Assembly: GCA_000320545.1 (NCBI GenBank)
Contig: ADNK01001813.1
Location: 1 to 37,135 of the forward strand
Direction of reading: 5' to 3'
Length of the DNA stretch: 37,135 bases
Source of the DNA: Bigelowiella natans CCMP2755
Lineage: Eukaryota; Protista; Cercozoa
The notes below the pieces were generated by a model. It saw nothing but the letters and a program-made list of their open reading frames with translations, searched no databases and was not told the origin of the DNA. A program made the position numbers and the translations under genes. Of the stretch, positions 34,769 through 37,135 are shown one piece after another. The first letter of the stretch is position 1. Each line of letters opens with the position of its first letter.

Positions 34769-35956
34769 TTATGTCTTCCATCCAAAACGACTTTTGAAGG
34801 CCTTTTTAAGTTCCCTGCCATACAACACACCATCGGTCATATTGGTCAGAGAAGGAATGAAATGTTGGAAGGGGGGAAGGGGGGGGAAGGGGGAGCTGGG
34901 ACAAGTAGAAATTCTGTCGATAGTACGCAGAAGTAGGGACCCTCTTCAACACTCATCTTACCCCGAAAGCAGCTCACATGACGAACAGTACACTATCTCA
35001 AATATAATACTTGGCCTGCTCACTGAAGACTGCTACATCCGAGTCCGCGAGTATCTCTAGATAGACCTCTAGCTTGTCGCGAATGATACCTGCGAGGCTC
35101 TGGGATAAGCCATCAATCAACAACAACCCAACGGGACGGCGCGAGTAGTAAAAAACCGGTCAGGAAAGCCATTTGGCAGCTGGGAAGCAGCAACGACAAA
35201 AAGCCGAAGATGCGCTGTTGGTGGTGCTGCTGCTGCGACAATCAAGAAGCGTTGGCAGCTTGAGATCGAAACTCTTACCTCGTAGTCGCGAGGGGAAAAC
35301 TTGATCTGCTGCAGCAGGACTTCGTTGAAATTGCGGAAGAGTTGGATCCTCTCCAGTAGCGCCTTTTCAGAATTATCACCACCAGTATCATCAGCATGCA
35401 TGTTGTGTATGGGATAAGGATGCAGAGAAATAGAACAGACATCTTTGCGGCGGCACGGATTGGCGTGCACCGCCTCGCAAGGGCCCGTTTCAAGTGTTAG
35501 CAGAGGGGTTTGGATTCGCCTTTGCTTATACTTTGGCGCTGCCAAAAGGAAGCAAGAATCGATCTCATGGCATAATCAGCGATTGCTTTGCGTTGTGGAT
35601 TTTGGCGGTGCCAAACCAACCATCCAGGAGGTGCTGCCTTTGAACTATTTTCTACTGTAATGATGAGGCTGCTTCGATGTATCAACCTCACTAATACAAT
35701 GTGTTCTTTTTAATACTCCCAGTACCTTCTCACAATTGCACATGAGCGCAAGGAGCTGTTTCCACTGGTGCAAGCTCGTCGTGCAGCCCCCGATCACAGC
35801 GGAGAGGAATGAGTATTGAACCTTTCGATTGAAGCAGCCATATTAAAAATCATCACACGTTTAAATCCAAACGAAACCCCGCAACAATACCGTTACATAT
35901 AGATATGCAAAAGAGAGACAAACACACGCACACGCACACACACACACACACATCCA

Positions 35957-36041
<85 letters not shown>

Positions 36042-37003
36042 CATATCATAATTCAACTATACATTCTCGAATATCCCACAATTTGGTATTCCCACTTTGG
36101 GAAAGTGCAGTATATAAAACCAGCCCCTGCTTTCGACCTGATCACCATCTTTCTTCGTGGAAGAAAGGAAAAACAGGCATTTCCTACCTCTCCGAGAAGC
36201 AAATCCGTGTCGTTCATCAGATATCGCTTCAACGTCAACTCAAGCAAATAGGAAGAGTCCATTGCCATCCTCGTCTTCTGCGCATTAGAAAGGCACAATT
36301 TCACCATCTCTAAGATCACTGCAGGCTGCCCTTGGTGGCACCTTCCATCGCCTTCCACCCCCCAAACCGTGATCATATTAAAATGAACCGGAAAATGAAA
36401 CTTTCCACGAAGTTATATGGCGGCGTCGGAAACACATTTAGGAAGAATTGTGATAGATATGTGAAAAGGGCTGTGATCATCGACGCGCTCAAAGACGGCT
36501 CTGACACATATAAGGCCTTCTCCATCGTTTTCTGATTCATCTGCGCAAATACACAACCTCTGCAGGAGTCAGCCCGCTCCAGTCGGTATGTTTCGGGACG
36601 CGCGTGTACGAAGCACTGACCGGGGGGGGGGGGGAGGGGGTGAGGGGGTGGGAGGACAAGGGTAAAACAATTTGAATTAAGGATGAGAAGGATGATGGAC
36701 AAATGATGGGGGGAAATGCGAAGACAGAGACTATTGAAAATATGGTAAACAGCAAAGAAGAGGGACAACACACCTATAGTAATATGGCCTCTCCAGAGGC
36801 CGAACTAAGACGAGCTGCTTCGACTGAATGTAGAGAGAGAACACATGCACAAAAAGGCGAGCAGCTCATATATGCATATAACCAAAGCTCACATATTCGT
36901 AGCCGCAGTTTATTGGGAAAATATCGAAGAGGCGTGGGATAGACCTCCATCAGCACCGTCACTTCATAATCTTTCAGCCGCACAGGCACCTTTGCGTTCA
37001 CTC
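34769..37003 (-). CDS. AAR2: AAR2-family (U5 snRNP assembly factor) protein, 3' part; 5' end outside window
   Basis: Spliced reading: YTRVPKHTDWSGLTPAEKTRMAMDSSYLLELTLKRYLMNDTDLLLGEVQYSFLSAVIGGCTTSLHQWKQLLALMCNCEKALLERIQLFRNFNEVLLQQIKFSPRDY...ELKKAFKSRFGWKT*. This fits the AAR2 C-terminal pattern (MDxSYxLE, LLGExQFxF, QWKxLLxLxC, FxW). Confidence 0.85.
35928..36040. repeat. (CA)n/(AT)n compound microsatellite in AAR2 intron
   Basis: Directly visible. Confidence 0.95.
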
Positions 37004-37135
37004 CTACGGATATTATCAGATATGCTACCCGCAGCAACTAACTACTACAGCGAGCTATATACGCATAGAAAGCGCCAAGACGGTGCGAACGAGGAGAAAT
37101 ATGTCCTCAGTTGAGAGTGTCAAACATAAAAGTGC

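Overview
This is intron-rich eukaryotic nuclear DNA, so the supplied ORF track is mostly exon fragments or noise. I rebuilt the genes by hand using GT-AG splicing. In order they are: (1) a frameshifted ARM-repeat-like gene fragment (-); (2) the 5' part of an SPX-like + FLVCR/SLC49-type MFS transporter fusion (-); (3) a secreted GH28 polygalacturonase-family enzyme (+); (4) a hypothetical protein (-); (5) a ~34-exon GMC oxidoreductase with a signal peptide and C-terminal membrane anchor (+); (6) a coiled-coil/BAR-like protein (-); (7) Vps18/Pep3 (+); (8) a signal-peptide-bearing protein combining a degenerate amino-methyltransferase-like domain with PPR repeats (+); and (9) the 3' part of an AAR2-family gene (-). 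Six genes form three compact head-to-head pairs. Every downstream intergenic spacer is filled with CTAG/CATG palindromic DNA, including five perfect copies of CATGCTAGCATG. High intron density, weak splice consensus and a bipartite-looking targeting leader suggest a protist with a secondary plastid, such as a chlorarachniophyte (inference only). All family calls come from manual motif recognition, not database searches.
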